Notes under the pieces: generated by a model | The model's database searches: none | The model's input: only the letters and a program-made list of their open reading frames with translations | What the model was told of the DNA's origin: nothing | NCBI GenBank assembly: GCA_963735755.1 | Contig: CAVTME010000005.1 | Coordinates: 49,585 to 113,584 of the forward strand | Reading direction: 5' to 3' | Origin: an uncultured Bacteroidota bacterium | Lineage (GTDB): Bacteria; Bacteroidota; Bacteroidia; Bacteroidales; GCA-2748055 | Length of the DNA stretch: 64,000 nucleotides | Made by a program: the position numbers and the translations under genes | Shown here: piece by piece, positions 39,201 through 48,738 of the stretch | How the letters are laid out: the number at the start of each line of letters is the position of its first letter | How positions within the stretch are numbered: the stretch's first letter is position 1

Positions 39201-39227
39201 TGGGACATCCTTCAAAACAATCAATAA
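36222..39227 (+). CDS. Secreted 1001-aa fusion: alpha/beta-hydrolase (esterase) domain plus roughly 550-aa acidic domain with DxDxDG calcium-loop-like motifs
   Basis: Signal peptide. LLVALHGHE..., nucleophile elbow GLSTGA (Ser codon 37125-37127), ...FHHGPHS. The C-terminal half contains DLDRDGDPD, DRNNDGTYG, DEDKDGKAD, DTDQDGVFN, DSDLNGFLD, DMDGDTLFE. Confidence 0.65.
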   Translation: MRPFYYSVCILIFFLFVFGAHAQVLSLEHEANQIDGFTRLSFEKGILKCKAGKKAEGFLVIKSDVPLRLETTHNVEAVLKPGWDGTLGYKCYGLSLKMKKAGRAEVRFHRDEAPGKPKPSSSDELEKYRHTLERRPSRFQGDAADLAGWQNRYRDSLIQTLMGGAIPERVPGKVNIEYEKAFENFRLISFTYQSREDRRNEALLSIPNDVQKAPLLVALHGHETTWGKADSAAFREGHIDDFCAFFANRGWAVLQPATMDHHLQYPDWTLQGEWTWDAITAIDVCNTYPSIAMDRIAVCGLSTGAHLAMNLLALDDRVQCGVVACILSTWNHYEKRMRIPPHCDCGISHQLSSVMEQCDWAALAAPKPVQFQHGLQDASFCPGADASLLDLEWNTGILPPGEYGAMFAEIEKAYELYEKDGNVSTLFHHGPHSVNNEKAFDWITSALGQARSDLITTGHIQFMDLDRDGDPDVLQTRSVGGIPVQWIDDDDDMHPDDLQGDRDSDCLMVDRNNDGTYGAFGDLMVDWVDEDKDGKADIQLIADNRDLENGAGDPGHFMISIDTDQDGVFNYVDWTTFKLEAWEHAGKCAFFSDYSGQSMFLKIHASTFDIEDLRFNWENPFLFYDWDDDQFTEMTIRLVDSPLKNASGRKLSLSKEITSAYLSFDMDNDSRQHNDFDYDMSLRFKGSGFGYDTYSHPFHSLSGLREADTFFLDPRWRQLSELIYVGHEEAYSEVFEEGIWDECWFVFDEDDDCHRWERVEFYEPENLFSAGARKGGLDNNPQADVSGDRGEWDRDNSGKGKMYISGFDGKLHLFGAETGAWRIDRHATYYQGWQGWRGGGDHTPNDPSLATPENFPTIRYSDSDLNGFLDVIEYDMDGDTLFEQQDSILKLGVSDTQLVYNTAGFSYGDYRELYRKMSENMWERALDALRLAEVFGLETDGYADMLHPATEREKYHYGFWLNYLIYQEMMKLGERLESKDLWQEIKVAYYSGKWDILQNNQ

Positions 39228-39236
39228 CTGTAAATC

Positions 39237-41172
39237 ATGTATAAATTCTTGATGATTGGATTTTTTTCATTTCTATTGATTTCATGCGGTTCTGAGACCA
39301 TGCAGCTTGCGTCTCCGGATGGGGGGATTCTGGTGGAATTTGAGCACAGAGCAGAAAAAAGCAAGGGTGAGGCTGGTCAGCTTTTTTTCAGGAGTGGAGA
39401 TCCGGATGGATGGGGCCTTAAAGGAAATTTTGCCTTTCTCTCCCCTGGGATTATCAGGAAAGGATCAAACATTCTCAGACAATCTGCTTCTTACAGGAAT
39501 GTCAGATATCCTACCTGTTCATGAGCAGTACGAAATGATCCGGGGGAAACGGCGCTTATGTGAAAATTTCGGCCATGAGAGAACACTGTTTTTTAAAAAT
39601 ACCGAAGGAAGGAACATGAACATGATCTTCCGGGTTTACGATGATGGTTTGGCTTTCAGGTATGTCTTCCCCGACGATCAAACAGATACCCTGCAGATCA
39701 CAGAAGAGTATACAAGCTATTTTCTTCCTGAGGGAACAAAACGGTGGGTAACTCCTTACAGTAAAGCATATGAGAAGTTTTATCCCCTGAGCAGGGACGG
39801 TGCTGGAGAGAAACAGGAGTGGGGATACCCGGCATTGTTCAACCTGGATAAGGACCTTTATTTGCTTTTATCCGAAGCAGATGTGAGCAGGCAAAATTGT
39901 GGCAGCTGGCTCAACAATGGATCAGACCCTGAACGATACCAGGTACAGCTGGCGCGGGAACGTTCCGATTATAAAAGAGCAGGTTTTACCATCACCACAG
40001 TGTGGGAATCTCCCTGGCGGGTTCTTATGGTGGGACAGCTGGCGGATATTGTTGAATCCACACTGATTACAGATTTGAGTGCTTCAAGCAAAGTCGAAGA
40101 TACCGGGTGGATCAAACCCGGTCCTGTTTCCTGGATCTACTGGGCTCACAACCATGGGTCAAAGGATTATGAGCTGGTGACCCGTTATGTGGATATGGCG
40201 GTGGACATGGGCTGGCCCTATGTGCTTATTGACTGGGAGTGGGATGTCATGAGCAATGGAGGGGACATCCTGGATGCAGTGAACTACGCCAACAGCCATG
40301 GAATTAAGCCCCTGATGTGGTACAATTCGGGTGTTTCCTGGAACGGAGAGAACGCTCCCACACCCGTGGACAGGCTCGTCACCGCAGAAGACAGGGAAAA
40401 GGAGTTCAGCTGGTTGAACAGCATCGGAGTATATGGCATTAAGGTGGACTTTTTTGCCGGTGACCAGCAGGATATGATGGCGTATTACATCGATCTGATG
40501 GAAGATGCTGCCAGGCACAAACTCCTGATCAACTTTCATGGTGCCACTACTCCCCGCGGTTGGTCACGGACCTATCCCAACCTGTTGACAGTGGAAGCGG
40601 TATATGGCGCGGAGTGGTACAACAATGCCCCGGTGCTAACCAACAGGGCTGCATCACACAACACCACGCTGCCCTTTACCCGCAATGTGACAGGTCCCAT
40701 GGATTATACGCCTGTCACTTTCTCAAATTCCCAGCACCCGCATATTACCTCCTTTGCGCATGAACTGGCCCTGTCTGTGGTATTTGAGTCCGGACTCCAG
40801 CATTTTGCTGACCGGCCATCTGCCTATTTGGGATTACCAGATGCTGCCAAAAATTTTCTGAAGCATGTACCGGTTACCTGGGAAAATACCAGGTTGGTGG
40901 ATGGATATCCGGGTGAAAAAGTAATCATGGCCAGAAAAAAAGAAAACCAGTGGTACCTGGGCGGATTGAATGGCCTGGACACATCTGTTTCCCTGAACGT
41001 AGATTTTGGTTTTCTGGATGAGGGGAACTATGTTTTGCACATTTTGCAAGATGGCGCCGATGATACAACCTTTGCCGCTGATTCGATACCCATTGTACCT
41101 GGAGATATCATCACCATCCCATGTTTGCCACGTGGAGGCTTTGTTGGAAGTATTGTGACGCTGCAGAATTAA
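39237..41172 (+). pseudogene. GH97 glycoside hydrolase lipoprotein, one frameshift in a T-run near 39372-39380
   Basis: MYKFLMIGFFSFLLISCGS...GILVEFEHRAEKSKGEAGQL, then the ORF 39307..41172 frame. GH97 hallmarks GIKVDFF, INFHGATTPRGWSRTYPN, TLPFTRNVTGPMDYTP. Confidence 0.85.
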
Positions 41173-41181
41173 AACCTTATT

Positions 41182-41705
41182 ATGACCATGACCAGATCCA
41201 TTCATCTTTTTGTTTGCATCATCATTCTCTTCCTGAGTGGGTGTAAGAACCAGGAGGCGACGGTCATCTATGTTTCCCCAAAGGGCAGTGATATCAACAC
41301 GGGAAGCCTGGATCAACCTTTGCTTACCATTGAAAAGGCTTTGTCACAGGTAAAAGTTATCAGGGAAAAAAGCACATCCGCAGGTATATCCATTCGTCTC
41401 AGGGAGGGAAGCTATTACCTGGATCAGGCCCTTCTTTTTACCCCGGAGCTCTGTGGGAACAAGGATGCGCATCTTACTATTGAAGCATATGCTTCTGAAC
41501 TTCCGGTATTGAGTGGCGGGAGGCTGCTTGATTTGAAATGGGAGCCTTTTCAACATGGTATGTATAAAGCAGTTTTGAAAACTTCCCCATGGATCAGTTC
41601 GGGGTGATCGGGGAGGAACTGAAAAAGGAAGCCATGGTCCCACTATTCCCCGAAGGACCCCTCAAGGCAGGCATAATGACCATGTATGGTGTGGGTAGAA
41701 AGTAG
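41182..41705 (+). pseudogene. N-terminal remnant of a right-handed beta-helix lipoprotein (truncated, one frameshift near 41590)
   Basis: MTMTRSIHLFVCIIILFLSGC..VIYVSPKGSDINTGSLDQPLLTIEKAL..IRLREGSYYL is the usual start of large beta-helix PUL proteins. Only about 175 codons before the stop at 41703-41705. Confidence 0.5.
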
Positions 41706-41720
41706 CTAAAATAAATTATC

Positions 41721-42998
41721 TTGTGCATCCATCTAAACATTAACAAATTGAAATTCCCATTCAAATATTTTCTAAACAGCTGTCTCCTGCTTCTTTTGGT
41801 TTGTTCCGTATCAGAGGTCGGGGCCCAGGAGTGGACCCGGTTCAGGGGAAGCGGGGGACAGGGAATAGATTCCCTGCGAAGTGCTCCGGTATCATGGGAT
41901 TCAACGAGCTTTTTATGGGACATCACATTGCCAGGAAGCTCAAATGCATCACCGGTGGTCTGGGGCAGCACAATCTTTGTTACCGCTTCGGATGATGAGA
42001 AAGACCTGGGTTACCTGATGGCAGTGGACGCGCAGGATGGGAATATACTCTGGCGACTCCAATTCGATGTGGAAGATCTGGCCATGCACAATGACAACAA
42101 TCTAGCATCCCACTCTCCCGCTGTTGATGAATCGCAGGTCTACGTGATCTGGTATTCCAGTGAGAAGAGCATTGTTATGGCACTGACACATGATGGGAGC
42201 GTTCTGTGGCGGGTCGAATTGGGAGGGATAGAAGCCAGGCATGGAGGAGGCAGCTCTCTGATGCTTACTGAAACAAAGGTGGTTTTCACCCTTGAGCAGG
42301 AGGAGGGAAGTTCATTTAAAAGTTCATGGCTTGCTTTGAACAAAAAGACAGGTGAAATATCCTGGGAACTGGAGCGTGAATCCTGCACCCGGAATTCATT
42401 TTCCACCCCCATTCTGGTGAAAGATGACAATCAGAAGGTCCAGTTGTTGTTTACAAGCGAAGCGCACGGATATACAGGTGTTGATCCGGAAAGCGGAAAG
42501 GTGCTTTGGGAACGCAAAGATTTGCTGACCCACAGGGTAGTGTCATCTCCTGTGTATTCAGACGGAAAAATCATCGCTTGCCGTAAAGGCCAGGGTATGG
42601 TCCTGGATGTGGATCTGAATAAAAACCAGGCCGGGGATACGGCGCTTTATACCCTGCCTCCCAATCTATCCCCCTATGTGCCTACCCCCATTGTGGTGGG
42701 AGAAAACCTCTTCCTGTTTACCGATAACGGAACGGTGGCCTGTGTAAAATTTGATACAGGTGATTTGTTGTGGAAGGAGCGGCCCGCAGGTCCCATCTAC
42801 GGCTCTCCCGTATGTGTGGATGGAAACCTCTACTGCATGACCAAGGAAGGGGATGTGATTGTGCTTCGAGCCGATACGAGCTATCAGCTGCACGGGGTCT
42901 TTCCGCTTGGAGATGGAAGTTTTTCCACTCCCGCAATGTGCGAGTCCGGTATGGTGTTGCGAACTTTTACAAGGCTCATCCTGCTGGGTAATAAATAA
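41721..42998 (+). CDS. PQQ-like (BamB-type) beta-propeller repeat protein, secreted
   Basis: Signal-like N-terminus (possible TTG start at 41748, MKFPFKYFLNSCLLLLLV). Repeated ...G..lW...... propeller strands, e.g. AVDAQDGNILWRLQF, DPESGKVLWERKD, DTGDLLWKERP. Confidence 0.6.
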   Translation: MCIHLNINKLKFPFKYFLNSCLLLLLVCSVSEVGAQEWTRFRGSGGQGIDSLRSAPVSWDSTSFLWDITLPGSSNASPVVWGSTIFVTASDDEKDLGYLMAVDAQDGNILWRLQFDVEDLAMHNDNNLASHSPAVDESQVYVIWYSSEKSIVMALTHDGSVLWRVELGGIEARHGGGSSLMLTETKVVFTLEQEEGSSFKSSWLALNKKTGEISWELERESCTRNSFSTPILVKDDNQKVQLLFTSEAHGYTGVDPESGKVLWERKDLLTHRVVSSPVYSDGKIIACRKGQGMVLDVDLNKNQAGDTALYTLPPNLSPYVPTPIVVGENLFLFTDNGTVACVKFDTGDLLWKERPAGPIYGSPVCVDGNLYCMTKEGDVIVLRADTSYQLHGVFPLGDGSFSTPAMCESGMVLRTFTRLILLGNK

Positions 42999-43019
42999 AC
43001 CAAACCAACCATAATACCA

Positions 43020-44997
43020 ATGAAAAAGACAGTGCAAAAAACCAGGACAATTTTTCTATCCATCATGCTGGCAGCAATCTCCCTGAACCTCCCTGCAGAG
43101 GTTCGTCTGCCCAAGGTGATTGGCAGCAACATGGTGCTTCAGCGGAGCCAGCCGGTTCAGATATGGGGCTGGGCCGATAAAGGTGAAAAGGTAAGCGTTT
43201 TATTTAATGGACAGAAAGAAACCACCAAAACCTCCAAAGAGGGAAAATGGATGGTGACACTGGATTCCATGCAGGCCGGAGGTCCCTTTGAGATGGAGAT
43301 CCATGGAAAAAACAGCATAACCCTTGACAATATTCTGATCGGAGATGTGTGGATCTGCTCAGGACAATCAAACATGGAATGGACCCTTTCCAATTCCAAC
43401 AATGCAGAAGAGGAGATCCTCGCAGCCAACTATCCCGAAATAAGATTGTTCGATGTTCCAAATAACATCCAGCTGGCTCCGGTGGAGGATCTACCCTCCG
43501 GGAAGTGGACAGCGTGCTCCGGAGAGACAGCAAGAAATTTTTCTGCGGTGGGCTACTTTTTCGGCAGGGGCATTCATCAAGCACTTGATGTGCCCATTGG
43601 ACTGATCAGTACCAACTGGGGCGGTACCAATGTGGAGACCTGGACCAGCAGGGAAATGGCTGCCACTGATCCGGAAATGAAAGAGGCCATTGAAGGAATT
43701 GACCAGATGAATGTGGAAGAACTCAAGGAGAAGATGGAGAAGGAGAAGAAAGCCCTTCTGGCATCATTGGGTGATCTGGAACCCGGGATCGTGGATGGTG
43801 ATCCTGTATGGGCCCGAGAAAAGACCGACCTTTCTGCCTGGAAAACAATGAAAGTGCCAGGTCTCTGGGAGGCCCAGGGATTGAATGGTGTGGACGGTGT
43901 GGTATGGTTTCGGAAAACCTTTATGCTTACTGAAAAGCAGGCTGATGGTGGAGCCGCCCTCCATCTGGGTCCCATCGATGATGGTGACCGTACCTGGATC
44001 AATGGCGTAGAAGTTGGTAAAACTGAGAATGCTTACAATGAAACCCGGGTGTACAATGTTGCTCCGGGAGTATTGAAAGCCGGGGAAAATACCCTCGCTG
44101 TGAGGATTGAAGATACAGGCGGTGGCGGAGGCTTCTGGGGTGCACCTGAAGTAATGAAAATTCAGACCGGTGATGGCCAGTTGCCATTGGCGGGTGACTG
44201 GAATTACCGTGTATCATCGGAAGAGCTCCAGGTGAATATCCAGATGGCCATTGGTCCCAATTCAAAGCCCACATTGCTTTATAATGGCATGATCAATCCA
44301 CTGATCAATTTCTCGGTGCTGGGGGCGATCTGGTACCAGGGCGAAGCCAATGCAGGAAGGGCCTATACCTATCGGACCCGCTTTCCCAATATGATCAAAG
44401 ACTGGAGAAACAAATGGAACAATCCAAACTTGGGATTTTATTTTGTCCAGCTGGCCAATTTCATGGAAACAGTGGATGTCCCCACGGGAAGTGAATGGGC
44501 CGAATTGCGTGAAGCGCAAACCATGACCCTTGCCTTACCCAAAACCGGAATGGCAGTAATCATCGATATCGGTGAGGCGGATGACATTCATCCCAGGAAC
44601 AAGCAGGATGTGGGAAAGAGGCTGGCCCTGGCCGCACTTGCATGGTACCTATGGCAAAGATGTGGTCTATTCGGGTCCGGTCCTGAAGGAGATGATCATT
44701 GAGGAAAAATCCGTTCTCCTTGAATTTGACCCCATGGGCAGCGAACTGGTTGTGCATGATAAATATGGATATGTGAGGGGATTCGCAGTGGCGGGGGAAG
44801 ATCGTGTGTTTCACTGGGCCAGGGGAGTAAAGCAGGGAAATACTGTCAAATTAAGCAGTGAAAAGGTAGCCGCTCCCGTGGCAGTAAGGTATGCCTGGGC
44901 CAATAATCCCGATGATGCGAATTTGTATAACGCAGAAGGTCTGCCGGCAGGTCCCTTCCGGACCGATGACTGGCCCGGACTTACTTTTGGGAAATAG
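43020..44997 (+). pseudogene. Sialate O-acetylesterase (SASA/SGNH-type) family protein, one frameshift near 44640
   Basis: LPKVIGSNMVLQRSQPVQIWGWA..., GDVWICSGQSNMEW, GAIWYQGEAN. The C-terminal part continues in the ORF 44572..44997 frame (HGTYGKDVVYSGPVLKEM...). Confidence 0.8.
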
Positions 44998-46273
44998 AGA
45001 TACAGACCAGTTTCTCCAGGTCCCGGACCAGGAGTTTACCCTGACTGTAGGCCAGGGGCGCCCAGGCCTGTGATTTTTTCGCATCAAAAAATGATGCTTT
45101 TCCCAGCTCCCTGTATCCTTCAGGGGAGGGTTCGATCATATGGATATCACCATTTTTGCCATTCTGGTTGAAGATCATTCCATCCACAAGGATCAGGGCT
45201 CCAAGCTCAAAATTCGGTGCTGAATCCGTATCCCAGACTTCTTCTCCATCAAGGGTGATACAGGTCATTCGGGAAGGATGGCCTGTACTATTCAGATACA
45301 GGTGGTCCTCGTACAATACGGGGGGATGCATCTTGCTCCCCACTTCGGTGGTTTTAAAAAGCTCCTGTACTTTAAATTCATCTCCTTCCCGGTTAATCTC
45401 AAGCATGATTGATACTGGATCATAGCGTCCGTCATAGGAACAGTCCGTCAGGAAAAGTCTGGATTGATCGATGACTGTTGCCGGGCTGATGGTGAGGAAA
45501 GACCTCAATCCATCATATTTCCAAAGCTCCTCCCCGGTGCTGGCCTCAAAGGATACAACTTCATGGATTTGGGTGGAATCCTGCCTGTGGTAGGGGCTGA
45601 TCACAATGACCTGGTCCGTCCCTCCAAAACTAGCAAGCGTCGGTGATACATAGGCATTCATTCCGGTCAGGGGACGGCTCTTCCAAACCAACTTTCCCGA
45701 TATCTTATTGAAGGCGGCAACACCTGCCTTCTCACCCTGGGGAGCTACAATGACCAGGTCCCGGTATACAAGCGGAGATTGGGAGAATCCCCAGTAGGGC
45801 AACTCGCTGTCAAACGTTTCCTGCAGATTGAGGTGCCAGAGAGACTGATGGGTTTTTTTATCAAAACAGTAGAAATCTCCATGTGAACCCACGCTCCATA
45901 CGTGATGCTTATCAACCGTAGGAACTGCGCGTGATCCGGGGTAGGGCAATTCTCCATTGGCTTCATAGGAGTAATACCAAAGCTCTTTCCCCGATTCCAG
46001 GTCGATGCACCTCAGGATATCTGATTCACCCTTCACCCGATCCAGGATGAATACTTCATCATCAAAGATACTTGCTCCTCCGTATCCTTCACCAAGGGGA
46101 AATGACCACAATGCATCCGGCCCTTGCTTTTCCCATGATCTCATTATTACCTCATCTGAAACCGCAGCATTTCTGTCGGGACCCAGGTACTGATTCCAGT
46201 GGCCGGGTTGTGAGCAGCTCACCGAGCCCAGCAGGGCAATAATAAAAAGAGAAGTGTTGTAGATACGTCGCAT
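44981..46273 (-). CDS. PQQ-like beta-propeller repeat lipoprotein
   Basis: Lipobox LLGSVSC. Repeats such as DLESGKELWYYSY, KKTHQSLWHLNL, KISGKLVWKSRP, ASTGEELWKYDG. Intact, 430 aa. Confidence 0.6.
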   Translation of the reverse strand: MRRIYNTSLFIIALLGSVSCSQPGHWNQYLGPDRNAAVSDEVIMRSWEKQGPDALWSFPLGEGYGGASIFDDEVFILDRVKGESDILRCIDLESGKELWYYSYEANGELPYPGSRAVPTVDKHHVWSVGSHGDFYCFDKKTHQSLWHLNLQETFDSELPYWGFSQSPLVYRDLVIVAPQGEKAGVAAFNKISGKLVWKSRPLTGMNAYVSPTLASFGGTDQVIVISPYHRQDSTQIHEVVSFEASTGEELWKYDGLRSFLTISPATVIDQSRLFLTDCSYDGRYDPVSIMLEINREGDEFKVQELFKTTEVGSKMHPPVLYEDHLYLNSTGHPSRMTCITLDGEEVWDTDSAPNFELGALILVDGMIFNQNGKNGDIHMIEPSPEGYRELGKASFFDAKKSQAWAPLAYSQGKLLVRDLEKLVCISISQK

Positions 46274-46393
46274 GTTTGTTTGATTTTAATGTGCACGAAA
46301 ATAGAAAAAAACTGATTATGGATCTATTTTTTTTATATTTACGCATCATCTGTTTTTCAGAAGATGAGGCTACTTTGCCTAAAACCTTTGAAC

Positions 46394-47902
46394 ATGAAAC
46401 AACGATCTACATACGCATTAATTATCAAAGCCAAATTTGTTCTTCTTATAACAACCTTTGTGGTTTTGAATTCCTGCAAGGAAGAACCCATTCTCTGGAA
46501 GGTGGACTCGGCAAAACAGGTGATTGCAGATTATGTGGCCAGCAACCCGGAACAGTATTCGGAGTTTAACGAACTGATTCAAATGACAGGCATGGAGGCT
46601 TTGCTGAAGGTCAGAGGTCCCTTTACGGTATTCCTCCCTACGGATGAAGCCATGTTGGACTATTATGCATTCAAGAATGTGAACGCGCTGGAAGATTTTA
46701 GTGCAGACTTCCTGGAAGAGTTAATCCTTTACCATACGGTGGGTGCAGAGATTGGAGCGAACGACATCGGATTGGGAGCGCTCAGAGAGAAGAACGCGGT
46801 GGGTGATTACCTGACTTCTGAATTTATAGATTCAGATATCATGATTCATAAATTTTCAAAAATTATCGACAGGGACATCCCTGCTGCCAATGGATATATT
46901 CAGGTCATAGACAGGGTTATAGATCCTGTTGTCGCAGATATTTACAGCGTGGTAGCTGCCGATCCTTCCTATTCCATTTTCTCCGAAGGGCTTTCCATAA
47001 CCGGTCTGAAAGACACCCTTCAGATCATTAGTTTTCCTTTTGGAAGCAGTGAAGCCCGTACCCGGTTTACAATTCTGGCTGTTGCAGATACCATTTATCA
47101 CCGCTATGGGATTAACAGTGTGGGTGATTTAATTGAATGGTGCGGTGCAAACCCGGATAGCGTCACCTATCTGAACAATGCGTTTTACCGTTATATGGAA
47201 TACCATTGCCTGAACAACAGCTATTATCTTTCAGACCTGGAAAGCGGGGTTTATCCCATATTGTCCAGGGATAACAATGTGGCTTTCACCGTAGATACGG
47301 ATTATAAAATTAATTTCGATAATACCAGCAAAGCGTATACCGGTTTTATCATACCAGCATCCAACACACCTGCAAAAAACGGTGCTTTGCATGCCATCAA
47401 TGATATCCTGCCAGACGTTGAACCTGCCCCTGCTTCCGTCAGTTTTGAGGCCACTGACTTTTTCGATATGACAGTGAGGGATTATTATCAAAACTATTAT
47501 GAACGGTTTTTTGACGGGGAGAATTCTTTTGAAAAAATCAAATTTCGTGGTGATTATCTCCTGTACTATTACCAGGAAAACAATTCAGCAATCAGGAATG
47601 GTGATTGTCTGAGTATGCAGGGCTGGTGGGAAATCGCCATTACTTTTCCGAAAGTGATGAAGGGTAAATACGAGGTCTCTCTGTTTCAACCAGCCTGGGG
47701 TGATATCACCGACTGTGCGGTCTACCTGGATGGAGAAAGGACAAACTACACCTACACAGGGCCATTTGGTACCGGAGCTGGAGGGTTGCAGAAAGTGGCT
47801 GACGCTGAATTCGAAACCACTGAAGAGCATACAATTACCCTCAGGAACGTAAGTGCCGGCATGGTTTTCTGGGATTATATTCAGTTTGATCCGGTTAAAT
47901 AG
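46394..47902 (+). CDS. Fasciclin (FAS1) domain lipoprotein with extra C-terminal domain
   Basis: Start at MKQRSTYALIIKAKFVLLITTFVVLNSC. FAS1 motifs GPFTVFLPTDEAM and ANGYIQVIDRVIDPV, a second FAS1-like copy (FTILAVADT...NGALHAINDIL), then a roughly 150-aa tail. Confidence 0.75.
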   Translation: MKQRSTYALIIKAKFVLLITTFVVLNSCKEEPILWKVDSAKQVIADYVASNPEQYSEFNELIQMTGMEALLKVRGPFTVFLPTDEAMLDYYAFKNVNALEDFSADFLEELILYHTVGAEIGANDIGLGALREKNAVGDYLTSEFIDSDIMIHKFSKIIDRDIPAANGYIQVIDRVIDPVVADIYSVVAADPSYSIFSEGLSITGLKDTLQIISFPFGSSEARTRFTILAVADTIYHRYGINSVGDLIEWCGANPDSVTYLNNAFYRYMEYHCLNNSYYLSDLESGVYPILSRDNNVAFTVDTDYKINFDNTSKAYTGFIIPASNTPAKNGALHAINDILPDVEPAPASVSFEATDFFDMTVRDYYQNYYERFFDGENSFEKIKFRGDYLLYYYQENNSAIRNGDCLSMQGWWEIAITFPKVMKGKYEVSLFQPAWGDITDCAVYLDGERTNYTYTGPFGTGAGGLQKVADAEFETTEEHTITLRNVSAGMVFWDYIQFDPVK

Positions 47903-48021
47903 CGAAGCCTATCCCTTTCTGTTTTTTTTTGGCTTGGTCCTGGCCAGTGAAATCTGAACACAGGAGAGGGCATCGAATGGCGCTATTTCCTGATTGATAC
48001 ATAGCTTAATTAGAAACAGAG

Positions 48022-48723
48022 ATGATTGAATTGAAAGGCAGAAATGCCCTGATTACCGGATCCAGCCGGGGTATAGGCCAGCAACTTGCGCAGGGACTGG
48101 CAGAACTTGGATGCAATATTATTGTTCATGGACGAAGCAGCGAAAGCTGTACCAATACATTAGCGCTGCTTGAGGAATATCCGATACATACCTATGGCGT
48201 GTATGGTGAACTATCCCATGAGGATCAGGTAAATCAGTTGATCAGGCAGGTACAGGACCTGCATATCAATGTGGATATTTTGTATAATAATGCAGCGCTC
48301 ATGACCCCTTTTTATGACGACTACTGGAAGCACAGTTGGGAGGAGTGGATGCTCACATTCAAGGTAAATGTGTTTGCCATGTACAGCCTGTGTGGTGCGT
48401 TTATTCCAGCCATGATTGAAAATGGTTTCGGAAGGGTCATCAATCTTACTTCAGGTATTAAAGATATGCCCGAGCTCGCCCCCTATGGTGCATCCAAATG
48501 GGCGGTGGATAAACTGACTGATGATGTGGCTGTTAAACTCAAAAACACAGGGGTGAGAATCAACACCCTCGACCCGGGCTGGCTGCGAACCGACCTGGGT
48601 GGCGAAAATGCCGAGCACCCTGTGGAAGCTGTTCTGCCGGGCGCCCTGGCTCCTGCACTCATAGAGGATGACGGGCCCAACGGGGAGTTTTTCTCAGCCA
48701 TCGATCACAAGCTGGATTTGTAA
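48022..48723 (+). CDS. SDR-family oxidoreductase (no signal peptide)
   Basis: ALITGSSRGIGQ, NNAA, YGASKWAV (YxxxK). Intact, 233 aa. Confidence 0.8.
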   Translation: MIELKGRNALITGSSRGIGQQLAQGLAELGCNIIVHGRSSESCTNTLALLEEYPIHTYGVYGELSHEDQVNQLIRQVQDLHINVDILYNNAALMTPFYDDYWKHSWEEWMLTFKVNVFAMYSLCGAFIPAMIENGFGRVINLTSGIKDMPELAPYGASKWAVDKLTDDVAVKLKNTGVRINTLDPGWLRTDLGGENAEHPVEAVLPGALAPALIEDDGPNGEFFSAIDHKLDL

Positions 48724-48738
48724 TGGTGTAAGCATTCA

